A stretch of 53,736 nt of DNA, from the NCBI GenBank assembly GCA_005881615.1, contig VBBR01000027.1, positions 1 through 53,736 of the forward strand, read 5' to 3'. Numbering within the stretch: the first letter of the stretch is position 1; each line of letters starts with the position of its first letter. This stretch comes from Candidatus Bathyarchaeota archaeon. Its GTDB lineage: Archaea > Thermoproteota > Bathyarchaeia > 40CM-2-53-6. Shown here one piece after another: positions 45,822-53,736 of this stretch. A program made the position numbers and the translations under genes. The notes beneath the pieces are model-generated. The model was not told the DNA's origin, ran no database searches, and saw only the letters and a program-made list of their open reading frames with translations.

Positions 45822-45910
45822 CCGAGTCAAATCCTACGGTGAAAACTTAGCTGTTAACCTAAGGCATGAAATTCGTGACCATAATAGCACTGATTCTCAG
45901 CAGGTTGCCC
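45822..45910 (+). repeat. Possible short degenerate relative of the 14.3/29.3-kb repeat family
   Basis: Colinear blocks shared with copy A: CGAGTC, CCTAC, GG(T/C)GAAAAC, CTTAGC-loop-CTAAGG, GAA..GTGACC and CAGG(G)TT. Confidence 0.3.
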
Positions 45911-46018
45911 TTACAGCATCGGTTGGTCGGAGTGACTTGGAACGGAGGATAAATCCCATCCGACCTTTGTGTTTTCTTGAAGGTATCCAACATTGCTCGT
46001 TCACCGAGGAGAATCCTT

Positions 46019-46052
46019 ATATCGGATATCCGATATCGTTATACCGATATCG
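46019..46052. promoter_or_regulatory. Operator-like palindrome ATATCGGATATCCGATAT plus a third CCGATATCG half-site
   Basis: Perfect 18-nt palindrome at 46019-46036. CCGATATCG repeats at 46030 and 46044. It lies 27-60 nt upstream of the ATG at 46079 and overlaps a TTATAT box. Confidence 0.45.
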
Positions 46053-46078
46053 AAGCATTACAGAAGGAGGCGAAATGT

Positions 46079-46444
46079 ATGAGTGAACATGAATGGAATC
46101 GTCCCAGACACTTCTACCCCTGGGGCATATTCGCGCTTCTCGCAGTCATCGCAGCATCCGTTGCTGTCTCAGTCTTCCTATTCACTGCACGACCCGCCCC
46201 CTTAGCTAGCATGTACTATCCGTACCCCTTCCCCTTCCCGCTATTCTTCATCTTTGGAATATTCGCCTTTTTCTGGATAGCAAGATGGCTGATCTTCCCA
46301 TGGAGAGGAGGATGGGGCTACCGTGGAAGATACTGGCGGTACCAAGACGAATCCTACAACATCATCCGCGAACGATACGCGAAGGGAGAGATTACAAAAG
46401 AACAATTCGACCTAATGATGCGCGACCTACAACAACACAACTGA
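46079..46444 (+). CDS. Membrane protein with a C-terminal SHOCT domain
   Basis: 121 aa from an ATG with a GGAGG 8 nt upstream. Two TM helices, an aromatic/Gly/Arg-rich linker and RERYAKGEITKEQFDLMMRDL (SHOCT pattern). Confidence 0.7.
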   Translation: MSEHEWNRPRHFYPWGIFALLAVIAASVAVSVFLFTARPAPLASMYYPYPFPFPLFFIFGIFAFFWIARWLIFPWRGGWGYRGRYWRYQDESYNIIRERYAKGEITKEQFDLMMRDLQQHN

Positions 46445-46531
46445 GACCCATCGATTCTCCGATGGGCTCTTCTTTTTCCCGACTTCGTCAAACCTCTAAC
46501 TCCAGAGCATCTTGCTGCTGTCCCTAAATAG

Positions 46532-46753
46532 AAATTTGACCAAAGGAGACACTCCCACGCATACGGTAGAGATCAATCGACGGAGAACGGTCCGAACCTA
46601 GTCTACTTGGACGGCAAAGTACTCACTGCCTTGTGCAGATGCGGAGGCTCCAGCAAGCAGCCCTTCTGCGACGAGACCCCCGCAAAAATCGGATTCCACG
46701 CCAAGCCCGCTGACCTGAAAGTCCTCGCTGAACATTCCAAGGTAGAAGCCTAG
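46532..46753 (+). pseudogene. CDGSH iron-sulfur domain relic
   Basis: The open frame reads ...ENGPNLVYLDGKVLTALCRCGGSSKQPFCDETPAKIGFHA.... This matches the CDGSH pattern (NGP..v...ALCRCG.S..KPFCDGSH) but has CDETP instead of CDGSH. There is no ATG or GTG start; the only start is a TTG giving 50 aa. Confidence 0.45.
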
Positions 46754-46781
46754 CTCAGAAAACTGAAGCTCGTCCGGTAGT

Positions 46782-47831
46782 TCAGCCGACTGCCTTACCC
46801 TTGACCCGAATCCCTCGCCTTTTCTCTACCCGTCCGATAACGAACGCGTTGTGACCATGCCGCACGAAGAGACGGATTGCGGCATTCTCTGCTCGTTGAG
46901 GACAGATCAGAATGAATCCTATTCCCATGTTGAAGGTTCGGTACATTTCTCGATCAGAGACTCTTCCATTCTTCCGAATAATCCGGAATATTCCCGGTGT
47001 AGGAGGTAGTTGGTCGATATCTGCTCCGAGTCTTGCCTGTCCGATGATCCGGTCGAGTGTTGCAAACGCCCCGCCGGTTATGTGTGCGAGCCCGTGAACC
47101 TCCAGTTTTCTTGTCGCCTCTAGAACTGGTTTGACATAGATTCGGGTAGGTTCAAGCAATTCCTCACCTATGCTTCGGCCAAGTTCCGGCACATTCTCTT
47201 TCAGCTTGTACTCTCCTAGGAGAGTTTTCCTAGCGAGTGTTAGACCGTTTGAGTGAATTCCCGAACTGGCAACCCCGACCAGCGCGTCGCCACTTCGAAT
47301 CTCATCTCCAAGAATGAGTTCCGGCTCTTTACAGATGCCTGCTGCCATCCCGACAAGGTCCAGCCCTCCTTCATCAGAGAGAAGATCAGGGACAATCGCC
47401 GTCTCGCCTCCAACTATCGCCATACCAGCCTGTTTCGCACCTTCTACCAGCCCTACAGCGATCTCGTCGACAATATGGCGATCGTGTTTGGCTATGGCGA
47501 GGTAGTCGAGGAAGGTGATGGGTTCGGCGCCTGTGCAGATCAGATCATTCGCGCACATCGCGACACAGTCTATCCCGATCGTATCGTACTTCCGCATCAA
47601 CCGAGCAACGATGACCTTGGTCCCGACACTATCGGTGTGAAGGCTCAGGACTCGTCCATCGTTAAGGTCCACAAGACCCGCGTAATGGCCGATTGGAAAT
47701 ACGGGATACCCGACTTTCCCTTTGCGGGTCTTGAATGTAGACTCAAGCCGTTGAGCGAGAGCCTCGTGGGATTTGCGTACTTGGGAAACGTCGACTCCCG
47801 CTCTGGCGTAGGTCATGCGGGGCCGAGGCAA
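46782..47831 (-). CDS. purM: Phosphoribosylformylglycinamidine cyclo-ligase (AIR synthetase)
   Basis: 349 aa. YARAGVDV and HTDSVGTK motifs. Confidence 0.9.
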   Translation of the reverse strand: MPRPRMTYARAGVDVSQVRKSHEALAQRLESTFKTRKGKVGYPVFPIGHYAGLVDLNDGRVLSLHTDSVGTKVIVARLMRKYDTIGIDCVAMCANDLICTGAEPITFLDYLAIAKHDRHIVDEIAVGLVEGAKQAGMAIVGGETAIVPDLLSDEGGLDLVGMAAGICKEPELILGDEIRSGDALVGVASSGIHSNGLTLARKTLLGEYKLKENVPELGRSIGEELLEPTRIYVKPVLEATRKLEVHGLAHITGGAFATLDRIIGQARLGADIDQLPPTPGIFRIIRKNGRVSDREMYRTFNMGIGFILICPQRAENAAIRLFVRHGHNAFVIGRVEKRRGIRVKGKAVG

Positions 47832-47834
47832 TCC

Positions 47835-48701
47835 TTACAGCTTCAGTCCTGTCAATCTCTCGTAGGCGATAATATACCGCTTGCTCGTCTCCTCGACCAA
47901 GTCCTTGGGAAGATCAGGCGGTCTGGGAGTTGGCTGTCCAGCTTTTCGTGCTTCATCAAGAGTTTTCTTGTATCCAATCTTGGAAAGCCAATCACGTATC
48001 AATTGCTTATCGTAGCTCTCCTGGTTCTTGCCCGGAGAATAGTTCTCTTTAGGCCAGAGCCGAAACTCGTCTGGCCCAATCGAGTCCGCCAGAACAATAT
48101 TACTTTCATCGTCGAACCCAAATTCCAGTTTGAGATCTGCCAAGATAAAGCCGGCCTTGTCCGCGCGCTCAGACATTTTCTTGTAGATATCGACACTCCT
48201 ATCTTTGAGCGCGATAATCTCCTCCCGGTCCAACCAGCCTTCATCCATGATTTGGTCAACCGTGACAGGTTCATCTTTTACGTCAGACTTGGTGGTTGGA
48301 TCGAAGTAGGGTTCGGGAAGCTTGGCAGCGTTAATGGGCTTCACCGGCAGGTTGACTTCGCCTTTGACAAGTCTCTCGTAGAGGCTGCCGTAGAGATAGC
48401 CACGGACAACGCACTCTACCGGAATCATCTTCAGCTTCCGAACGACCATGCGATTCGCGTCTTCAACTCGGATCATATGGTGTGGGACTTTCAGATAATT
48501 GAGCCAGTACGCAGCGAGCTTGCAGAGCACTTCCCCCTTCCTAGGGATGGTTGAAGGAAGAACGATGTCATAGGCGGAGACTCGGTCAGTGAAAACGAAC
48601 AAGAGTTCCTCGCTATCGAGCTCGTAGATATCCTTCACCTTGCCCCGCTTGAAAGGCGCGGAGGACAACTCTCTCTCGGGCTCGCTGACGTGTTCTTGCA
48701 T
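47835..48701 (-). CDS. purC: SAICAR synthetase
   Basis: 288 aa. GKVKDIYE and LADLKLEFG motifs. Confidence 0.9.
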   Translation of the reverse strand: MQEHVSEPERELSSAPFKRGKVKDIYELDSEELLFVFTDRVSAYDIVLPSTIPRKGEVLCKLAAYWLNYLKVPHHMIRVEDANRMVVRKLKMIPVECVVRGYLYGSLYERLVKGEVNLPVKPINAAKLPEPYFDPTTKSDVKDEPVTVDQIMDEGWLDREEIIALKDRSVDIYKKMSERADKAGFILADLKLEFGFDDESNIVLADSIGPDEFRLWPKENYSPGKNQESYDKQLIRDWLSKIGYKKTLDEARKAGQPTPRPPDLPKDLVEETSKRYIIAYERLTGLKL

Positions 48702-49145
48702 CTAGCTACCTACACCTCGGTATTGTTGGAGTTTCCTTGCAACCTCTGAGTCAGAGATCGCAAGAATCTCTGCGGCCATGAGTGCTGCATTCGTTCCATT
48801 GTCGAGCCCCACTGTACCTACGGGGACCCCTGATGGGAGCTGAACGATCGAGAGGATTGAGTCGAGATTGAGCTTGCCTGAGACCGGGACCCCAATTACC
48901 GGCTTGTTGGTCAGGGACGCCACGAAACCAGGTAGAGCCGCACTAAGACCCGCAATAGCGATGAACACGTCAGACCTGGAACCCTCGACGTACTTGTCAA
49001 GCTCCTTATGGTTCCGGTGACTTGAGAGAACCTTCGTTTCGAAGGGAATACCAAGCTTCTCAAATATGGTTTCGGCTTTCTTAGCGATCTCTCGATCGCT
49101 CTCCGAGCCCATAACGATGCTAACGCTTCTAGTCAAGTACGACAC
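48702..49145 (-). CDS. purE: PurE (N5-CAIR mutase / AIR carboxylase catalytic subunit)
   Basis: 147 aa. VSIVMGSESD and AGLSAALPG motifs. Confidence 0.9.
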   Translation of the reverse strand: MSYLTRSVSIVMGSESDREIAKKAETIFEKLGIPFETKVLSSHRNHKELDKYVEGSRSDVFIAIAGLSAALPGFVASLTNKPVIGVPVSGKLNLDSILSIVQLPSGVPVGTVGLDNGTNAALMAAEILAISDSEVARKLQQYRGVGS

Positions 49146-49783
49146 CGCACAACGCGAGATTCTGTCACTACCGTGTTCACTGGTAAATCAAACTGATCCC
49201 GAGGAACGCGATTGACAAGCTGCAGATTGAACGACAGACCGATCGAACGAACGTGCTCGGGAAGCGCTTTGAGAACACGGTCAAAATATCCTCTGCCCCA
49301 GCCGAGACGATAGCCCTCCTTGTCCCACACTATCCCTGGAACGAAGAGAACATCGACGGCATCGAGGCTTTCGGGCCTAAGATACTCCGGTCTTGGCTCT
49401 GGAATATGGAAACTTCCGGGCGCCAATTCTTTCCCAAGGTCTTTGACTTCGGAGAAAAAGAGGTCAATATCTCCTTTCTTTACAACCGGGACGAGAACGC
49501 GCTTGTGTCCATCCAAGGCTTTCCGAATTAACCGCCGAGTATCGACCTCGCTGTCTTTGCTGACATAGCATGCCATACCCCGCGCGCGGACAAACTCGTT
49601 GAGATGCAGAACCTGATCCATGATCTCCATACTCTTCTGTTCTATATCTCGAGTAGACTGCCTGTCTCTAAGGCGTAGAATGTATCGTCTGAATTGTTCT
49701 TTCTCAACAGCGGTTTGGGCCTCGCTCAAACTTTCAAGCCAATTTGGATACTCGCAGCTAGTACGGTGTTCTCGAGAAGACAC
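49133..49783 (-). CDS. 5-formyltetrahydrofolate cyclo-ligase
   Basis: VPGIVWDKEGYRLGWGRGYFDR motif. A TTG at 49729 would give a 4-nt TTGA overlap with folD instead of a 58-nt overlap. Confidence 0.8.
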   Translation of the reverse strand: MSSREHRTSCEYPNWLESLSEAQTAVEKEQFRRYILRLRDRQSTRDIEQKSMEIMDQVLHLNEFVRARGMACYVSKDSEVDTRRLIRKALDGHKRVLVPVVKKGDIDLFFSEVKDLGKELAPGSFHIPEPRPEYLRPESLDAVDVLFVPGIVWDKEGYRLGWGRGYFDRVLKALPEHVRSIGLSFNLQLVNRVPRDQFDLPVNTVVTESRVVRCRT

Positions 49784-50586
49784 GCGACCGTCATTGGTCC
49801 AACGCCTCCCGGGACCGGTGTAATATAACCGGCTACTCTGTTGACTTTGTCAAAATCCACATCTCCGCGGAGCTTTCCATCAACCCTTGTCAGACCAACA
49901 TCAACTACAGCTGAGTTAGGTTTCACGTGGTCTGCGCGAATCTGGAAGATTTCTTTCCCAACAGCGCTGACTAGGATGTCGGCGGTCCTTGTCATCCCGG
50001 AGAGGTTGGGTGTCTTGGAGTGGCAGACCGTGACAGTCGCGTCTCGATTGAGCAGGAGATTGGCCAGGGGTCTGCCTACTAGATTGCTTCGGTTGATGAT
50101 AACTGCCCGGGATCCAGCAACGGGAACTTTGTAATGGTTTAGGAGTTTGATGATGCCTTTTGGCGTACAAGCTACCAGTTCCTCACGGCCCGCTGCCAGC
50201 TTGCCCGCGTTGATTGGATGTAATCCGTCAACGTCCTTGTAGGGTATTATTCTCTCGATTACCTTCTCCTCGTCTAAACCTGGTGGCAGTGGTAGCTGAA
50301 CGAGTATCCCGTTGACCTTCGGGTTAATATTGAGCTGGCCAAGCAAAGCCTCCAGCTTGTCCTGGGAAGAGTCAGCGGGTAGGTTGTGGCTTTCAGACCT
50401 TATTCCAACCTCGTCAGCGGCCTTGTGTTTGGCTTTGAGATAGGAGGCGCTGGCAGGGTCGTCTCCGACCTGAACCGTGGCGAGGAGAGGTTCCGTGCCA
50501 TGTTTTTCCAGTTGTTGGACTTGCTGGCCAACCCGTTTCTTTACCTCTCCAGCGACCAATCTGCCGTCCATGAGTATAGCCGTCAA
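49726..50586 (-). CDS. folD: Bifunctional methylene-THF dehydrogenase / methenyl-THF cyclohydrolase
   Basis: 286 aa. VIINRSNLVGRPLANLL and PVPGGVGPMT motifs. Confidence 0.9.
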   Translation of the reverse strand: MTAILMDGRLVAGEVKKRVGQQVQQLEKHGTEPLLATVQVGDDPASASYLKAKHKAADEVGIRSESHNLPADSSQDKLEALLGQLNINPKVNGILVQLPLPPGLDEEKVIERIIPYKDVDGLHPINAGKLAAGREELVACTPKGIIKLLNHYKVPVAGSRAVIINRSNLVGRPLANLLLNRDATVTVCHSKTPNLSGMTRTADILVSAVGKEIFQIRADHVKPNSAVVDVGLTRVDGKLRGDVDFDKVNRVAGYITPVPGGVGPMTVACLLENTVLAASIQIGLKV

Positions 50587-51206
50587 TTCTTGAAGAGAAC
50601 CCTCCTCCCTTCAAACCTCAACTGATCCTCGGTAAGGAGTCTGATTGCTTCGGGAAGAATTCGGTGCTCCTCTCTCAGGATGCGAGTCGAAAGGGTTTCC
50701 TGAGTATCGTCGTCACGGATCGCGACTGCTGTCTGAAGAATTATCGGACCTTGGTCGACTTCTCTATCGACAAGATGGACTGTGCATCCTGTAATCTTGA
50801 CGCCGTGATCAAGGGCTTGTTTCTGAGCTTCCAGACCTGGAAACGACGGAAGTAGAGCAGGATGTACGTTTATGATTCTGCGAGGGTACAGATCGACGAA
50901 CTGTTCACTGAGAATCCGCATGTAACCTGCCAGAACTATCAGTCCCTCTTTTGGTAGCACTCCATGTGATTTGAGGGCAGCGATGGTTTTCTGGTCGTAG
51001 TCCCAGTCCTTCTTCGGGACACCTTTGTCGTCTAGTGTGATTGTCTGGACATGATGTTTCTTTGCTATATCGAGAGCTGGAGCGCTTGGTCTGTTGCTGA
51101 TGACGATCTTTACCTCGCACTTGGTGAGGTATCGATTATCGATCGCGTCTAGTACGGCATCAAGGTTTGAGCCCCTTCCTGACGCCAGGACGCCGATCGG
51201 GACCAT
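50583..51206 (-). CDS. purN: Phosphoribosylglycinamide formyltransferase
   Basis: 207 aa. VLASGRGSNL, INVHPALLP and VHLVDREVDQGPI motifs. Confidence 0.9.
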   Translation of the reverse strand: MVPIGVLASGRGSNLDAVLDAIDNRYLTKCEVKIVISNRPSAPALDIAKKHHVQTITLDDKGVPKKDWDYDQKTIAALKSHGVLPKEGLIVLAGYMRILSEQFVDLYPRRIINVHPALLPSFPGLEAQKQALDHGVKITGCTVHLVDREVDQGPIILQTAVAIRDDDTQETLSTRILREEHRILPEAIRLLTEDQLRFEGRRVLFKN

Positions 51207-51210
51207 TCAG

Positions 51211-52743
51211 CTAGGCCTTTCCGGGTCCGCGCACCTCTTGCGATAATAGTTGTGATGGGTCAACCGTTCCGAGTTTTGGAACCCATCCGATTCTGCTTCC
51301 GAGAGTCCCGCGTTCTTCCCTGTACTTGTAGAGCCTACGGACTCGTTCTGCCGCATCCTGTCTCTTTGCAAGAAGTTGTTCTGAGCCTATGTCGCTTCGA
51401 TGATAGAGTCCCCAGCCATCGGTGAGCTGGACACTCGACATTGTTTTTTCGATCCTGGCACTGGCCGGGGGTAGGGTGTGATCCATGGCCATTAGCGCGA
51501 GAAGGCGGGAGCCGGCTGTCATCACCTGGCTGTCTTCTTGGAGATCTGCGCTTCCCCAGAAAAGATAGCAGCCGTTTCGTTTGATGTTTGTCTCAAAAAC
51601 TTGGACCGGATGACCCTTGGCGCTGTCCCGTTTTTCTGGATACCCATTAGGAGCGACGACCTTTACGACCACCGCGTCCTCATTGGTGAATTCTAGCTTC
51701 AGTTTGGAGAGCCGTCTTTCAACGATAGCTTGGAAGACGTCGATGATGTCTGTCCTGAGCATGGCAAGCATGTTGAGAGCTTCCGGATCACCAAGACGAG
51801 AGTACATCTCGATGACTGTTGGTCCCTCGTTTTCTGTAAGCATCATCTGTCCACCGACCATGCCGCGGTATGAATTGCCGGTCTTTCTCTGGATGGCCTC
51901 AACGATTCCCTCGATGATCTTGAGAGACTTGTCGTATTCTTCTCTGGTGATGAATGGGAGTGTCATGTCGGGTCCTGAAATGCTGCCCATTCCGCCAGTC
52001 TCTGGTCCGCTGTCGAGTTCGTGGGCGCTCTTGTTGTCTTGGACGAGAGGGGTGCCAAGAACGGTTTTACCATCTGTGAAACATTGCAGAGAGTACTCGG
52101 GACCCCAGGCTTTCTCCTCGACGAGAATCTTGTCCTCGATGTCAGAATAAGCTGCCATTCTGGCCTGAAGAGAATCGAAGTATGCTTCCTTGAAACGGGC
52201 TTTTTCGTCGTGAAGATAGGCCTGGCGGTCTTCGATCAGTTTAACGCCTTTACCGCCTGATTGACGTGCAGGTTTGATGACGATGTTCTGCAGCCAACGC
52301 TGTGTGTCGATATTTTTCCGGATATAGTCTGAGGCTTCTCGTGCGTTCTTGAAGGTTCGAAAGAGAAGCTTGCCTGCGAGATTGTTCTCCCATTGCAAGC
52401 GTCGGAGGTCCGCTTTGGAACGTTCTATGACTGAAAGTTCCTGGCTTGCACCGATGCAGTGAATACCCTCCTTCTCTAGAGCGTCTGGTATGCCTTGGAA
52501 ACAAGGCTCCTCTGGTCCTACGATTACCAGGTCGATTCCCCAGCCCCGGGCAGACCTGACAATGGTCTTTGGATCTGTCGTTCTGCCGATGCGAAGTTCG
52601 CCCTGGTTGTCTTTGCAGATCTTGTGAAGCCCCGGGTTCCGGTTTTCCGCTATCCAGAATATCTCCGGTTTGTGATCACTGAGCCCGATCTTCCACGCAA
52701 GAGCGTTTTCGCGAGCGCCTCCACCTACACCCATTACTCTCAT
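51211..52743 (-). CDS. purD: Phosphoribosylamine-glycine ligase (long form, 510 aa)
   Basis: GVGGGARENALAWK start, ATP-grasp core and RSDIG near the usual C-terminus, followed by about 55 extra residues. Confidence 0.85.
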   Translation of the reverse strand: MRVMGVGGGARENALAWKIGLSDHKPEIFWIAENRNPGLHKICKDNQGELRIGRTTDPKTIVRSARGWGIDLVIVGPEEPCFQGIPDALEKEGIHCIGASQELSVIERSKADLRRLQWENNLAGKLLFRTFKNAREASDYIRKNIDTQRWLQNIVIKPARQSGGKGVKLIEDRQAYLHDEKARFKEAYFDSLQARMAAYSDIEDKILVEEKAWGPEYSLQCFTDGKTVLGTPLVQDNKSAHELDSGPETGGMGSISGPDMTLPFITREEYDKSLKIIEGIVEAIQRKTGNSYRGMVGGQMMLTENEGPTVIEMYSRLGDPEALNMLAMLRTDIIDVFQAIVERRLSKLKLEFTNEDAVVVKVVAPNGYPEKRDSAKGHPVQVFETNIKRNGCYLFWGSADLQEDSQVMTAGSRLLALMAMDHTLPPASARIEKTMSSVQLTDGWGLYHRSDIGSEQLLAKRQDAAERVRRLYKYREERGTLGSRIGWVPKLGTVDPSQLLSQEVRGPGKA

Positions 52744-53736
52744 CGTGTCGCGCCTCCCTTCTCGAAGCAGCGCATGCAGAGATTCTCTCTCGGGAGTCCG
52801 ATGGCGCGTTGGAGCTCTTCAACTGTCATGAACGATATGCTGTCAGCCCCAACACTGTTCGCGAGCTTTTCCTCGTCCAGGCTACCGGAGACCAGTTCGT
52901 CTTTGGGCGGGATCTCGACTCCGTAGGGGCATGATGAGACGAGTGCTGGGCTTCCAATTCGGATGTGTACTCGTTTCGCTCCCTTGCGTTTGAGATTGAC
53001 AACCGTGTTTTGTAGGGTGTTTCCCCTGACGACACTATCGTCTACCAGCACAACATCTCTGTCTTCGACGGCGCTCTTGACTGGGTTGAGCTTGAGCTGG
53101 ACTCCTACGAGCCGTTCTTTCTGTGTTGGTTTGAGGGCTGCACGAATATTCTCTCCAGTCCGAACGAAGCCGAGTTCGAGGGGAAGACCGGACTCTTGGC
53201 TGTATCCATTAGCCATCGGGAGCGCGGTCTCTGGAACCCCGATTACCACATCAGCCTTTGCCGGATGTGTTTTGGCTAGTTCTCTGCCTATGCTGTTTCT
53301 GACCTTGGCCACTGGAAGGGTGTTGACTTGGCTGTCGAGTCTTGCGAGGTAGACGTATTCGTAGCTGCAAAAGTTGCCAACGTCGGTTGTGGGAGTGTTT
53401 CCGCGAATATCTTCTGGGGTGAAGATGATGACCTCTCCTGTCTCAACAGGTCCCGTATGGTCAATGCCCATCACGTCGAGGGCGCATGTCTCGGACGCGA
53501 CGGCTGCAATGTCGAAGCCTACGCTGCCGGTGTCTAGTGGCTTTACACCGAGCGGGTTTCTCCCTGTGATGAATTCTTGTTTGTGGGTGAGGGCGACGAA
53601 GGAGTATCCGCCTCCGATCTTGTTGCTGAGCATCGAGGTTGCCTTGAGTGGTTCCTCTTCGCTGTGGAGGAGTTGGGAGAGTTGTCGGGCGAAGAGTTTG
53701 GTGGCTTCGCCTCGGTCTTCGTGGAGGTCTGTTTTT
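52740..53736 (-). CDS. purF: Amidophosphoribosyltransferase, C-terminal about 330 codons; the ORF continues past the right window edge
   Basis: GGYSFVALT..GRNPLGVKPL, PRT motif VVLVDDSVVRGNT and C-terminal Fe-S cysteines. The frame stays open upstream of the Met at 53633 to position 53736. Confidence 0.9.
   Translation of the reverse strand, partial: KTDLHEDRGEATKLFARQLSQLLHSEEEPLKATSMLSNKIGGGYSFVALTHKQEFITGRNPLGVKPLDTGSVGFDIAAVASETCALDVMGIDHTGPVETGEVIIFTPEDIRGNTPTTDVGNFCSYEYVYLARLDSQVNTLPVAKVRNSIGRELAKTHPAKADVVIGVPETALPMANGYSQESGLPLELGFVRTGENIRAALKPTQKERLVGVQLKLNPVKSAVEDRDVVLVDDSVVRGNTLQNTVVNLKRKGAKRVHIRIGSPALVSSCPYGVEIPPKDELVSGSLDEEKLANSVGADSISFMTVEELQRAIGLPRENLCMRCFEKGGATR

Noticed and set aside
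47253-48554. 433-aa ORF antisense to purM and purC
   Set aside because: It runs straight across the purM/purC gene boundary opposite two genes with unmistakable motifs. It has no recognisable domain and is most likely a codon-bias artefact.
1-53736. Looked for CRISPR arrays, tandem repeats, rRNA/tRNA genes, and recognisable defence or toxin-antitoxin gene pairs
   Set aside because: I saw no regularly spaced direct repeats, no rRNA or tRNA signatures, and no Cas, restriction, Abi or TA-like proteins by eye. Absence cannot be proven without searches.

Overview
This is an archaeal chromosomal segment of about 60 densely packed genes on both strands, mostly core housekeeping.

**Core content**
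- AglB oligosaccharyltransferase.
- An information-processing cluster: aIF2-alpha, S27e, L44e, GINS, PriS, PriL, PCNA, TFS, RpoL and Csl4.
- An aspartate-family operon, thrB-thrC-hom-lysC.
- A long purine operon, purF-purD-purN-folD-MTHFS-purE-purC-purM, plus a purH split into two genes.
- Lhr helicase, DRG GTPase, heme O synthase, a rhomboid, an M48 protease, a FtsX-type ABC exporter, and a secreted YVTN beta-propeller next to an S53 peptidase.
- I saw no rRNA, tRNA or CRISPR array.

**Non-core content**
- There are two IS200/IS605-type tnpB loci. One looks intact but is cut by the window edge (1-445, minus strand, absent from the ORF track). The other is an internally deleted relic wedged between priL and pcna that keeps its 3' omega-RNA-like region.
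- There is an unannotated, diverged, non-coding intergenic repeat of about 200 nt. Clear copies lie at 14.25-14.47 kb and 29.20-29.43 kb. Possible degenerate relatives lie at 35.3 kb and 45.8 kb.

**Other leads**
- A YdjI-like SPFH protein with a double zinc ribbon is translationally coupled to an unknown helical protein.
- The M48 protease carries a canonical EF-hand loop and sits beside an unknown zinc-ribbon protein.
- A DUF99 gene and an RNase III-like gene overlap by 4 nt.
- The conserved N-terminus of GINS has no canonical in-frame start codon.
- A perfect 18-nt palindromic operator lies upstream of a SHOCT membrane protein gene.
- A GAGACCG-N3-CGGTCTC hairpin occurs twice.

I do not see a clear multi-gene defence or CRISPR-like system. 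The repeat family and the TnpB remnants are the strongest candidates for something undescribed. All calls come from motif recognition by eye; no database searches were run.
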